A DNA stretch of 39,538 bases. It comes from Candidatus Izemoplasmatales bacterium (lineage in GTDB: Bacteria > Bacillota_I > Bacilli_A > Izemoplasmatales > Hujiaoplasmataceae). The stretch is from positions 1 to 39,538 of the forward strand of contig JBFXGX010000016.1 in the NCBI GenBank assembly GCA_050177605.1, given 5' to 3'. Of this stretch, positions 7,840 to 17,771 are shown piece by piece (position 1 is the stretch's first letter; each line of letters starts with the position of its first letter). Position numbers and translations under genes: made by a program. The notes beneath the pieces are model-generated. The model was not told where the DNA came from, searched no databases, and was given only the letters and a program-made list of their open reading frames with translations.

Positions 7840-10800
7840 ATGAAAAAAACATTATTAACAATCTTTACAATTTTCGGATTATTTCTTCTCGTCGGTTGTA
7901 CGGGAAAAGATGTCACTGTGTCTTTTGTGGTCAACGGTGGAACACCTGTAAAAACGTTAACTGTAGCTCAAGAAAGTACTATCGATCTACAAACAACGAC
8001 AAAAGAAGGCTATACCTTCACTGGTTGGTATACCGATGCGACACTTTCTACGTTATTTAATTTTGACGATGCTGTGATTCGCAACATGACGCTGTATGCT
8101 GGATGGAGTGTCAATGCCTATACGATCACTTTTGTTTTCGATAATGGAAATGAAAATGATACTTTTACGGCTAATTTTGGTACAGCGATTACGTATCCAA
8201 CGAATCCTACCAAAGAAGGACATACCTTTGGTGGATGGTACATGAGCCAAACGTATACCACAGAATTTAACAGCACAAGTGTTCCAAGTAGTAATCTTTC
8301 TGTCTATGCCTATTGGATTCCAAATGTATATACCGTAAATTTCTACCTTGATAACACATCCGTACCGACGTACACCGAACAAGTTACTTTTGGAATGGAT
8401 GTTGTAAATATTCCTTCTATTCCGTTAGTGACTGGAAGTGATGGTGCTTGGGATCAAGAATTAACCAATATTACAAGTAATCTTGAAGTACATCTAGTCT
8501 ATACAAAACAAGTCTTCACCATTTCTTTTGCGGACGAAAATGGTACTGTTTATGATACAGTAAATGTTGAATATGGTGATACGATTACTCCTCCTTCTAC
8601 GAGAGAAAAAGTAGGATATGACTTCATTGGTTATTTTAGTGAAACTTTAAACCGTAATATCGATTTAAGTATTTATACAGTAACTGAAAATTTAACTTTA
8701 CAAGATGTATTCCAAATTGAAACTTACTCCGTCAGATTTTATGGTGGTGAAAACGGAAGCTTACTTGGCAGTGTAGAGTACATCAACTACGGAAGTAGCG
8801 CAACAGCACCAACCACTGGTCTTGATAAAATAGGGTATACTTTTGCTGGTTGGGACATTGATTTCTCCTCTGTCAGTGAAGATTTAGTTGTTACTGCAAC
8901 CTATACAATTAATCAATATGATGTTGTTTTTGATGCCAACGGTGGTGAATTTGCTGACGCAAGTACTACACTTACTGTAACAAAGGATTATAATGCAAAT
9001 GTGACCGTTCCAGAGGTTCCAACGAAAGAAGGATTTATCTTTATCGGATGGTTCAAACAATTAACCGATGTTTCTGACTTCTACTTTGGTACTGGAATTG
9101 CAATGCCTGAAGGTGGCTTTACAGTCTATGCAAAATGGGTCGAACTCATTGGTACGACTTACACTGTAAGTGGAACATATTACTTTGAACAAGAAGATAT
9201 TAGTGTAGATCAACTTTCGACACTGGGTACTTACACACAAACAAGCAGCGAAGCGTACACTCCATTTATTAATGTCTATTACAATACAGAAATGACCCCT
9301 GTAAGATCAATTGAAGGATATAGCTTCTATAAACTTGTATATCAAGGTAATGAATACTTTGATCCATCGATGTTATTAACGATCACCGAAGATGAAACAG
9401 TAGATGTTTATTATCGCAAGGTCGTTGTCACAGTCAGTTTTACTGACCGTGTGGATGGAGAGAACCAAACAACAGCTTACTATACTTATTACAATTCAAG
9501 TATTCTCAACCCACCTACACCAACACCTGTTGCTGGCATGACGGTTGCTTGGGAAAGACAAAACTTTACCAATATTAAATCCAATTTAAGTATTGCGGCT
9601 ATCCAATATGATAATTCTTTACAAACAGTCATCTTTACAAGTAATGGTTCAATTATCTATATCGCGACAAATCAACCTGATTTGTTTGGTACGATTGACG
9701 CTCATGCGATGATTCTTGCCTTAGACTCTCCTATTTGGACGCTCACGCAATCAGGATATCGTTTTGAAGGTTGGTTCATTGCCGGAACAAATACGCTTGT
9801 AAGCCAAAATATCCTGTATTTTGATGATTCGTATTTTACAACCAACTCCACGACAATCGAAGCTAGATGGACGAAACTTGATCAATTATCAAGCCCAACA
9901 GATGCTCAGATTAATGTCAATACAACTGATTCAACGATTACGATTACTTTCAACGTCAATCCTACACTAGTAGGGGAAACGTTAACGTATCCAACGGATT
10001 ATATTTTCATCCTTAATGGACAAACTATTATGTCGATACCTGCTACACCATTCATCGATGTACTAGTACAAAATAGTCATGCTTTCACATTAACACTTAC
10101 TCCTTCTTCTCCATATTATGTCTACTTTAGTGATTTATTAAATCCAGGAATGCATACTTTACAAATCATCTCTGTTGGAGATAATACCTATACACTTTCA
10201 AGTCATCCTTCTAACGTGATTGATTACACTGTAAAATCATTATATGATGGTATTCCAGAAAGTGCGGATGTAAAAGATTATTACATTATTGAAGATTTTG
10301 GTAGTGGAACACTTCGTTATATTTTCTATACGAACTTAACTTACCAATTCACTGGATTATCCTTTACTATTGAAACGGGTAGTAACCATATTTTCGCTGA
10401 TGGTAACATCCTAAGAACATCCAGTATTCCTGGTGACTTTACCTTTACCATTACCGATACAACAGGTTCAAGAACCTATCAAGGACTTGTCGTCGAAGAT
10501 ATTCGTCAGTTTAATATTGGTCCAAGTTACCAAAACTATATGACAGAAACTGACACTTCCCTTGAAAATGATTCTTTCTTACAAAATAATGTATCTACTC
10601 CTTACTACGCTGGCGCAAGCAATGCATTCTACCTAGATATGTTAATTCGTAATAATAATGGTTTGCGTATTCCTTTAGCTGATGTTCTTCTTGACTATAC
10701 TTTCTACTTAAACGGAAGTGAAGTTGCTTTGACAGAAGCTGAACTAGCAAGTTATGTCATCATCGATAAAAACGTGATGAACTTTACGAATTTAGCTGTT

Positions 10801-12417
10801 GGCAATGATTTCAAGATTGTTGTAGAACCAAGATATGAAGCTTTACAAATGGATATGGATCCACTCATTTATATGGTCACAGTCAACGATGGATACAATG
10901 CCTTCACAAATGCAGAGTTAAAAGCGTTATTCGCAGACTTTAATGTTCATACAATCAATATTCAACGTGATATTACCGCTTCATTAAATAGTAATCAACT
11001 TTATTCAGATGGTTCTCCAATTAACTTCCTCGCGACTCCAACGAATGACTATGAAAACTGTGGTAATGTCTACGCTCGTATCAAGAATGGTACCGATAAT
11101 GATTCGATTGTCATCGAAGGTAACTTTATGACGATTGATGGAACGGACTTACCATACATTAATCCTAATTTAACTTCAACGATTCCTTATTCTACTGCTT
11201 TCCAAATCGTCAGCACACAAATTGGATTATTCTATTACAATGTACTAAATACTACTCCAGTCAATAATAATGAGTTTACGATGAGTAATTTAAGACTACT
11301 CGGAAATACAACAACACCTTCAATTAACTACGCAGGTAGTGAAGAAGAAATTGCCAACCAAGAAAGATTAATGTCTCAAAACTCTGGTGGTATCTTAGGT
11401 GTTGTCGTTCGAAATGGTAAAGCTGACTTAACGAATATGGTCATTGCCTATACCGTCATCGGTGTAACGACGAATGCCTATGGTGAAAATAGTAGCGCAC
11501 TGCCATTAACTGTCGACTTAAGTTATGTATCGATTTACGATTCATGGGCAAATAGTGTCTACTTGTGGGGTGGTGCAGGTCTAGAAATTGATCACTCTAG
11601 TATCGGTTCATCCGGAGGAGCAGCAATTCACTTTGAAGATATTCATCCTGGAACAACAGGTTATGATGATCCACTTCTTGTCATTGGCGAAGGCAATGAA
11701 TTCAATAACTGGATTTCCGGTCAAGAAGCTTGGTTTAAAGCTTACGCAATGACTTCTGTAGCCCTCGCATTAAAGAGTAATATTAACAGTGGAATTGATC
11801 CACTTGGAAAAACAATTATTCAAATGATGGAAAATCCAGTCACCGGATATGATACTGAAATGATCAACCTTGTCTTCTTATCCTTACCAATGACTGGCGC
11901 TGTCACTTACTCGAATCCAAATGATACATCCAGTGTTATCTCTGCTTCAGAAGTATCATTCAATATTGCGGATGCGACAGGTTCAGTGACCTTAAATAGA
12001 GATTGGAATTTCACAACTAAACTTTGGCCGCTTAGCGCTGAAGTAGCTATTCCTGATCCTCGAATTTCTGGTGGTCAATATGGATTCGCACTTGGTAAAT
12101 TATCTGACACCTACGCTTTCTTACAAATGATTACGGATATTAAAACATTCTACTATCAAACCTATGGTGGGGCGATGTCGGATGCTGATGCTGGAAACTT
12201 AGCATCGATTGCTGGATTCTATAATTTAACAGCCCCTGAGGCTCTTCAAGTGGGTGGTTATGTCGGAGCTGGTTACAGCATTCCTCAAGCAGTCAGTGCA
12301 ATTAAAGGTAGCCTTGATTATCCTCAACCACAGTTTATTGAAGTAATCGCTCCTATCGCCTTAACTGGCGCTGCAGGAAATGCTACTGTCTTAATTGAAA
12401 TGTTTAATAAAGAATAA
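7840..12417 (+). CDS. Large surface lipoprotein with InlB B-repeat (Listeria-Bacteroides/Flg_new) domains and an uncharacterised, possibly beta-helical C-terminal region
   Basis: Signal peptide II with lipobox LVGC. Repeated units (FxxNGG...PTKEGYTFxGWY...TLYAxW) occupy the first ~680 aa. SD AAAGGAG. Confidence 0.85.
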   Translation: MKKTLLTIFTIFGLFLLVGCTGKDVTVSFVVNGGTPVKTLTVAQESTIDLQTTTKEGYTFTGWYTDATLSTLFNFDDAVIRNMTLYAGWSVNAYTITFVFDNGNENDTFTANFGTAITYPTNPTKEGHTFGGWYMSQTYTTEFNSTSVPSSNLSVYAYWIPNVYTVNFYLDNTSVPTYTEQVTFGMDVVNIPSIPLVTGSDGAWDQELTNITSNLEVHLVYTKQVFTISFADENGTVYDTVNVEYGDTITPPSTREKVGYDFIGYFSETLNRNIDLSIYTVTENLTLQDVFQIETYSVRFYGGENGSLLGSVEYINYGSSATAPTTGLDKIGYTFAGWDIDFSSVSEDLVVTATYTINQYDVVFDANGGEFADASTTLTVTKDYNANVTVPEVPTKEGFIFIGWFKQLTDVSDFYFGTGIAMPEGGFTVYAKWVELIGTTYTVSGTYYFEQEDISVDQLSTLGTYTQTSSEAYTPFINVYYNTEMTPVRSIEGYSFYKLVYQGNEYFDPSMLLTITEDETVDVYYRKVVVTVSFTDRVDGENQTTAYYTYYNSSILNPPTPTPVAGMTVAWERQNFTNIKSNLSIAAIQYDNSLQTVIFTSNGSIIYIATNQPDLFGTIDAHAMILALDSPIWTLTQSGYRFEGWFIAGTNTLVSQNILYFDDSYFTTNSTTIEARWTKLDQLSSPTDAQINVNTTDSTITITFNVNPTLVGETLTYPTDYIFILNGQTIMSIPATPFIDVLVQNSHAFTLTLTPSSPYYVYFSDLLNPGMHTLQIISVGDNTYTLSSHPSNVIDYTVKSLYDGIPESADVKDYYIIEDFGSGTLRYIFYTNLTYQFTGLSFTIETGSNHIFADGNILRTSSIPGDFTFTITDTTGSRTYQGLVVEDIRQFNIGPSYQNYMTETDTSLENDSFLQNNVSTPYYAGASNAFYLDMLIRNNNGLRIPLADVLLDYTFYLNGSEVALTEAELASYVIIDKNVMNFTNLAVGNDFKIVVEPRYEALQMDMDPLIYMVTVNDGYNAFTNAELKALFADFNVHTINIQRDITASLNSNQLYSDGSPINFLATPTNDYENCGNVYARIKNGTDNDSIVIEGNFMTIDGTDLPYINPNLTSTIPYSTAFQIVSTQIGLFYYNVLNTTPVNNNEFTMSNLRLLGNTTTPSINYAGSEEEIANQERLMSQNSGGILGVVVRNGKADLTNMVIAYTVIGVTTNAYGENSSALPLTVDLSYVSIYDSWANSVYLWGGAGLEIDHSSIGSSGGAAIHFEDIHPGTTGYDDPLLVIGEGNEFNNWISGQEAWFKAYAMTSVALALKSNINSGIDPLGKTIIQMMENPVTGYDTEMINLVFLSLPMTGAVTYSNPNDTSSVISASEVSFNIADATGSVTLNRDWNFTTKLWPLSAEVAIPDPRISGGQYGFALGKLSDTYAFLQMITDIKTFYYQTYGGAMSDADAGNLASIAGFYNLTAPEALQVGGYVGAGYSIPQAVSAIKGSLDYPQPQFIEVIAPIALTGAAGNATVLIEMFNKE

Positions 12418-12421
12418 ATAT

Positions 12422-12455
12422 AAAAAGTGATGCTTTTAAAAGTATCACTTTTTTT
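12422..12455 (+). terminator. Intrinsic terminator of the lipoprotein operon
   Basis: AAAAAGTGAT...ATCACTTTTT stem followed by a T-tract. Confidence 0.8.
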
Positions 12456-12463
12456 CTTGGAGT

Positions 12464-12497
12464 AAAAAAATAACGCAATCGACTGATTGCGTTTTTT
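12464..12497 (-). terminator. Intrinsic terminator after nagB (possibly bidirectional)
   Basis: AACGCAATC-GACT-GATTGCGTT hairpin flanked by A7 and T6 tracts. Confidence 0.8.
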
Positions 12498-12500
12498 GAT

Positions 12501-13250
12501 TTAAAATGTTAAATAATTGCCTTCCATCTCTAGTTTCGATGCAGCTTCTTCATCAACCATCACAGTAATATCCGGATGAAGTTGTAATATCGCTGCTGGA
12601 ACTTTTCCTCCAACTTCACCATAAGCCATTTGATAAAGGGCATCTGCTTTTGATTTTCCAGAAGCAATCATCAAAATCTTTTTAGAGTACATGATGTTTT
12701 TGATTCCCATCGTAATTGCGTATTGAGGAACTTCTTCTAGGCTATTAAAAAATCGAGCATTATCAATTCTTGTTTGTTCATCGAGTTTGACAATAAACGT
12801 TTGATTCCCTAAGAAACTACCAGGTTCATTAAATCCGATGTGACCATTTTGACCAATCCCTAGAATTTGTAAGTCTCGTTGATTACCAAACATTTTATCA
12901 TTGTATTCTTTGGCAAGTTTTTCCATATTATTTAAATCATTACTTGGGATATTAATATTCTTTGGATTAATATCAATATGATCAAATAAATATTTATGCA
13001 TAAAAGAATAGTAACTTTGAGGATGATCTTTATCGAGGCCAACATATTCATCTAAATTGAATGTCTTAACATCTTTAAAAGAGATAAACCCATCTTCATA
13101 AGCTCTAATTAAGTTTTTATATAATCCTATCGGCGAAGTACCAGTCGCCAGTCCTAAAATAAGGTCTGGTTTTTTGGCCATTTCCTTAATGACGAAAGCT
13201 GCCGCAGCTTTCGAAATCGCATCATAATCTTTGTATTTGAAAATTTGCAT
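12501..13250 (-). CDS. nagB: Glucosamine-6-phosphate deaminase
   Basis: LGLATGTSP, TFNLDEYVGL, LGIGQNGHIGFNEPG and AITMGI motifs. Confidence 0.95.
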   Translation of the reverse strand: MQIFKYKDYDAISKAAAAFVIKEMAKKPDLILGLATGTSPIGLYKNLIRAYEDGFISFKDVKTFNLDEYVGLDKDHPQSYYSFMHKYLFDHIDINPKNINIPSNDLNNMEKLAKEYNDKMFGNQRDLQILGIGQNGHIGFNEPGSFLGNQTFIVKLDEQTRIDNARFFNSLEEVPQYAITMGIKNIMYSKKILMIASGKSKADALYQMAYGEVGGKVPAAILQLHPDITVMVDEEAASKLEMEGNYLTF

Positions 13251-13269
13251 TCCTTTTCCCTCTATTCTT

Positions 13270-14169
13270 TTATACGCTTTTCAAACTCTCTCTTATGTTA
13301 CCATGATTTTCATCTAATATCTCTTTGATTTTATCAGAATCTGCAACTTTCGAAAGGATCGCGAAAATTGCATATTTCACAGAGTTATATTTTTCTAGAT
13401 ATAGTTCTGCAGTCGAACCATCTACCCCAGTCACTTCCATGACAATTTTTCTTGCCCGAGAAACAAGCTTATTATTGGTCATTTGAACATCAACCATAAG
13501 ATTTTCATAAACCTTGCCAAGTTTAATCATTGAAGCGGTAGAAATCATGTTTAAAATCATTTTTTGTGCTGTGCCTGATTTCATTCTTGTCGAACCAGTA
13601 AGCGGTTCTGCGCCAGTAATCGCTTCAATAGGATAGTCTGCGACTTGTGCTATTTTTGAATTATGGCTTGTCGTAATACACCCTGTAATCGCATGAACCG
13701 ATTTAGCATATTCAATCGCACCAATGGCGAAAGGTGTAACACCACTTGCGGCAATACCAATCACAACATCCTTACTTGTTAAGTGATACTCTTTTAAAGC
13801 TACAGCAGCTTCTTCTTTCGAATCTTCTGCGCCTTCAATCGAAAAGCGAAGCGCATGATCTCCACCAGCAATAATGCCAATGACTAATCCAGAATCAACA
13901 CCGAAGGTTGGTGGTACTTCACTCGCGTCAAGTACACCTAGTCTTCCACTTGTCCCAGCACCAACATAAAAGAGTCTTCCACCATTTCTAAAAGCATCGG
14001 TGACTACATCAACGACCTTTGCAATCTGATTAATTGACTTTTCAACAGCAAAAGGAACTTGTTTATCTTCGTTGTTGATGAGACGAAGAATCTCACAAGT
14101 TGAAACAATGTCAATATTTTTCGTATTATGATTTCTTTTCTCTGTCGAAATTTTACTTAGATCTACCAT
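13270..14169 (-). CDS. murQ: N-acetylmuramic acid 6-phosphate etherase
   Basis: TEKRN, GAGTSGRLGVLDASEVPPTFG, EGAED and GSTRMKSGTAQK motifs. Start moved to ATG 14169 after SD AAAGGAG. Confidence 0.95.
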   Translation of the reverse strand: MVDLSKISTEKRNHNTKNIDIVSTCEILRLINNEDKQVPFAVEKSINQIAKVVDVVTDAFRNGGRLFYVGAGTSGRLGVLDASEVPPTFGVDSGLVIGIIAGGDHALRFSIEGAEDSKEEAAVALKEYHLTSKDVVIGIAASGVTPFAIGAIEYAKSVHAITGCITTSHNSKIAQVADYPIEAITGAEPLTGSTRMKSGTAQKMILNMISTASMIKLGKVYENLMVDVQMTNNKLVSRARKIVMEVTGVDGSTAELYLEKYNSVKYAIFAILSKVADSDKIKEILDENHGNIRESLKSV

Positions 14170-15080
14170 AATGTATTCTCCTTTTTCTGTAACATAGCGA
14201 TATAACAAGCGCCAAAGACTGGCTCAAGATTCACTTCATCAAACGCTAATGGGTATCCAAGCTTAGAAATTTCTTGGATAAGTGTTTCTTTGACAAGAGG
14301 AGCGTTTAGTAAGAAACTTCCTCTAAGTCCGACAAGTACTACTTGATCTTTTCCTAAACGCCTAAGTGCGTTCTGCGCTTGCAGAGCAAGCAGTAATCCT
14401 TCTTGTTTTAATAGTTTTTGAATATATTTATCTTTGAGGGCTAACGTACTTAAGTATTTAGAGAGTCCTGCGATTTCATCTTTATGATGATGATAGACGA
14501 AATCTTTGATCTCTGTATATTCTTTTAACCCGAGATGTTTTAAGACCTTTTTAGAAGAACTTCGGATTGTTTTTTCTCCTTCATATTGGCTAATCATATT
14601 TTTTAAGAAAGTAATCGCAAGATGATAGCCTGAGCCTTCATCCCCCAGTAGTGCTCCATATCCACCGATCATATTCATCGTTCCATCTTTTTCTGTGAAT
14701 AATACGCTACCTGTCCCAGCAAGGATCATTAATGTCGGCAAATCCTGATTTTTTTTAACAGAATATAGACCTAAATAAGCATCGTTTTCGATAAATACTT
14801 TCGCTCCATAACTTTTTTCTAAATTTTCTTGGAGTTCGTGTTTCCGAAGAAAGGACATCACACCAGATAAGCCAAGGATGATTGCTTCAATTTCTTCTTT
14901 ATCGTGACGCTGTAGAAGTAAATCGATTGCCTCAACCACATGTTCGATTGATAATGCAGGATTGACGTTAAAGTTACAAAAACCGCTGAAAGCTTCATCA
15001 ACTTTATTTTTATTTTGGTCAAATAGGGCGGCTTGTGTTTTCGTCCCACCACCATCGACGCCAATGATGTATTTTTTCAT
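14163..15080 (-). CDS. BadF/BadG/BcrA/BcrD-family amino-sugar kinase (MurK-like MurNAc/GlcNAc kinase)
   Basis: GVDGGGTKT, IENDA, ILAGTGS and GGYGALLGDEGSGY motifs; lies between nagZ and murQ. Confidence 0.85.
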   Translation of the reverse strand: MKKYIIGVDGGGTKTQAALFDQNKNKVDEAFSGFCNFNVNPALSIEHVVEAIDLLLQRHDKEEIEAIILGLSGVMSFLRKHELQENLEKSYGAKVFIENDAYLGLYSVKKNQDLPTLMILAGTGSVLFTEKDGTMNMIGGYGALLGDEGSGYHLAITFLKNMISQYEGEKTIRSSSKKVLKHLGLKEYTEIKDFVYHHHKDEIAGLSKYLSTLALKDKYIQKLLKQEGLLLALQAQNALRRLGKDQVVLVGLRGSFLLNAPLVKETLIQEISKLGYPLAFDEVNLEPVFGACYIAMLQKKENTLW

Positions 15081-16636
15081 AGCACCATTCCTTTATCTTT
15101 TGGGAGAATTGTTCCTTCCAAATATTCTTTAAAAACTTCAAGTGAGTTTGGTGTGTACTCATAAAACTCTACCACATTTTTTAGTTTAGGTAAAAAATGA
15201 AGGTCATATGGATTTCTCATTGTAAAGACAAATAAATTACCTTGTTCATTCAGCTTTTCCATTAAATGATATTGGCTTGGATATTGATTCGGATTATAGG
15301 ATGCGAAGATAATTTGTTCATATTCTTTTGAAACTCTTAGTACTTTTTTCATTTCTTCTTTTGAGAGTGCAACACTCACAACCATCGATTCAAATGGATG
15401 GCCAATGCCTTTTACCACATCATCAATCGTTTGAAATCCACCTGCTTCATCCGCAATTGTCGTCGCTGCAGGACTAGATGAAATCACGAGCGTTGAGCGA
15501 GAAGGATGAATACATTCACCTTTCACGAGAGTGAAAGCACTCTTCACAACACTTAAGTTAAATGATTTCACTTCTTTGTTATAGAATGCTTTTTCCTTTT
15601 TTTCAAAAGGTGTTGTTAAATCAACTTGTAGATCTTGTTTATACTTTAGAATTCTTTTTACATGCTGATCAACCATCGCTTCATCAATTGTCCCTGCAAG
15701 AATACTCTCTTTTAAATACGTAATTGCTTTGATTTGAAGTTCTTGGTGGTGGCTCACCATCCCAAGATCGGCCCCAGCAAGAAGTGCCATACTAAACCCT
15801 TTTTCTGTTGTGTAATGTTTCTGAATAGCTTTCATTTCAAGACAATCAGTCATCACGAGTCCATCGTATTTCATATCTTCTCTTAATAGTCCAGTTATGC
15901 AGTTCTTTGATAAGGATGTTGGTAGACCATTTTCAGTTAACTCAGGAAAATTAATATGAGCAATCATCAGAGAATGGATCCCTTCTTGAATCGCTTTTTG
16001 AAAAGGAATTAACTCGAAATTCTTTAATTCTTTCACTGTTTTATGGATAACTGGTAGTGAAAGATGAGAATCTGTATGGGTATCCCCATGTCCTGGAAAG
16101 TGTTTGCCACAAGCATAGATACTTTCTTCGAGTCCTCTGACGTAAGGAATACCAAAATCAACGACTTTTTTTGGAGTATCGCCAAAACTTCTGACGCCGA
16201 TGACTGGATTAAGAGGATTATTATTGATATCGAGCGTTGGTGCTAAGTTCAAATTAATCCCTAAGTTCTTTAAAAACTCTCCCATATACTTACCACTAAA
16301 ATAAGCGTTATCGATTTTCTCTGAGGATGTAATCGTCATCGCGCCAGGGAAAAACGGTCCGTCTCCCTTGATTCTCGTGACCATGCCACCTTCTTGATCA
16401 ATCGTAATGAATAAGGGAATGCCAATATGGTATAAAGCCAGTTTTTGTAAGTTTTGGTTGAGTTCATAGAGTTGATGTAAATCACGAACATTTCGTTGAA
16501 ACAAGATCACATTCCCAACTTTATATTTTTGAATCATCTCGATGGCATGATCATTTACCTCTAATGCATCAAAACCAAAGATGAGACATTGTCCAATTTT
16601 TTCATCTAAACTTAAATCTTCAAATCGTTTATTCAT
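15077..16636 (-). CDS. nagZ: GH3 beta-N-acetylglucosaminidase, no signal peptide
   Basis: IDQEGGMVTRI, the NagZ signature KHFPGHGDTHTDSH and nucleophile region MTDCLEM; two-domain length. Confidence 0.93.
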   Translation of the reverse strand: MNKRFEDLSLDEKIGQCLIFGFDALEVNDHAIEMIQKYKVGNVILFQRNVRDLHQLYELNQNLQKLALYHIGIPLFITIDQEGGMVTRIKGDGPFFPGAMTITSSEKIDNAYFSGKYMGEFLKNLGINLNLAPTLDINNNPLNPVIGVRSFGDTPKKVVDFGIPYVRGLEESIYACGKHFPGHGDTHTDSHLSLPVIHKTVKELKNFELIPFQKAIQEGIHSLMIAHINFPELTENGLPTSLSKNCITGLLREDMKYDGLVMTDCLEMKAIQKHYTTEKGFSMALLAGADLGMVSHHQELQIKAITYLKESILAGTIDEAMVDQHVKRILKYKQDLQVDLTTPFEKKEKAFYNKEVKSFNLSVVKSAFTLVKGECIHPSRSTLVISSSPAATTIADEAGGFQTIDDVVKGIGHPFESMVVSVALSKEEMKKVLRVSKEYEQIIFASYNPNQYPSQYHLMEKLNEQGNLFVFTMRNPYDLHFLPKLKNVVEFYEYTPNSLEVFKEYLEGTILPKDKGMVL

Positions 16637-17771
16637 ATAGATGATATCTCCTTTTTAAATCACTGAAGACCTCTGTGTCCATATGCATATTCATCAGTAA
16701 TTCTCTTACTGGAATTTGATTTTCTCTTAAAAGATTATTACCCGTTAATAGATCGATAAAGGGATGCCCACCTTCTCTAAAAGGCGGAATATAATCAAAT
16801 TCCTTATGTGTTTTTCTAATGTAATCAAATAATAAATATCCTGTTTTTACAGGTTGGAACGAAGCTTCATTCGTTACAACAACCTCGAGTCCATGGCAAA
16901 GTGTATTTTGATGTTTTGAGAATGTTGGAGTAAAGTAGGTTTCTCTGAATAAGACGCCTGTGAGTTTCAATCCATTCATATAGCATACAACGTCCCGGTT
17001 GTTTAAATAAGGACTGCCAATAAAGTGGAATGGCTTGGTTGTTCCTCTCCCTTCAGAAAGGTTCGTACCTTCAAACAAACAAGTAGCGAGGAAAACCAGC
17101 GCAGTTTCAGGCGTTGGAATATTTGGACTCGGAAGAACCCAAGGAAGCCCCGTTTCTCTAAAACTCATTTTCCGCTCATAGTTCTCCATCGGAAGGATAT
17201 GAATATCCGCATGGATCTCAAATTCATTGTTAAAGAGTAATGCCAGTTCTCCAATCGTTAATCCATATCGTTGTGGAATAGAATAATATCCTACAAAAGA
17301 ACGATAATCAAGTTGTAATAAATTTCCTTCCACAAGATCCGCTCCCACAGGATTAGGATGGTCAATGATAATCATTTGTTTCCCGTATTCTTTACAGGAT
17401 TCCATGAGATAAGACATCGAATATAAATAAGTATAAAAACGAGCCCCCACATCAGCGATATCAAAAACAAGCACATCAAATAAATCCATCATTTCTTTAC
17501 TTGGATGGCGAGTCGCCCCATATAAAGAATAAACATGGAGATTGGTTGCTTCATCCAAATAACTTTCAGCATGAACACCGGCTTGTAAGTCACCTCTCAC
17601 ACCATGTTCAGGTGCAAATAATGCGACGAGATTCACTTTTTCTTTTAGGATATCAATAGTCGAAATTAAGGCTGAATTAACACCAGTAGGATTGGTCATC
17701 AGGCCAACTCTCTTTCCTTCAAACAAAGGAAGATAATCTTCAAAATGATCCATAGCTAAGAGGACTTTCAT
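16629..17771 (-). CDS. namZ: Exo-beta-N-acetylmuramidase NamZ (DUF1343 family), no signal peptide
   Basis: GKRVGLMTNPTG, LFAPEHGVRG, YSLYG, DIADVGARFYTY, PSPNIP and EGTNLSEGRGTTKPF motifs. Start placed at ATG 17771 (ATGA overlap with the upstream gene). Confidence 0.92.
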   Translation of the reverse strand: MKVLLAMDHFEDYLPLFEGKRVGLMTNPTGVNSALISTIDILKEKVNLVALFAPEHGVRGDLQAGVHAESYLDEATNLHVYSLYGATRHPSKEMMDLFDVLVFDIADVGARFYTYLYSMSYLMESCKEYGKQMIIIDHPNPVGADLVEGNLLQLDYRSFVGYYSIPQRYGLTIGELALLFNNEFEIHADIHILPMENYERKMSFRETGLPWVLPSPNIPTPETALVFLATCLFEGTNLSEGRGTTKPFHFIGSPYLNNRDVVCYMNGLKLTGVLFRETYFTPTFSKHQNTLCHGLEVVVTNEASFQPVKTGYLLFDYIRKTHKEFDYIPPFREGGHPFIDLLTGNNLLRENQIPVRELLMNMHMDTEVFSDLKRRYHLYE

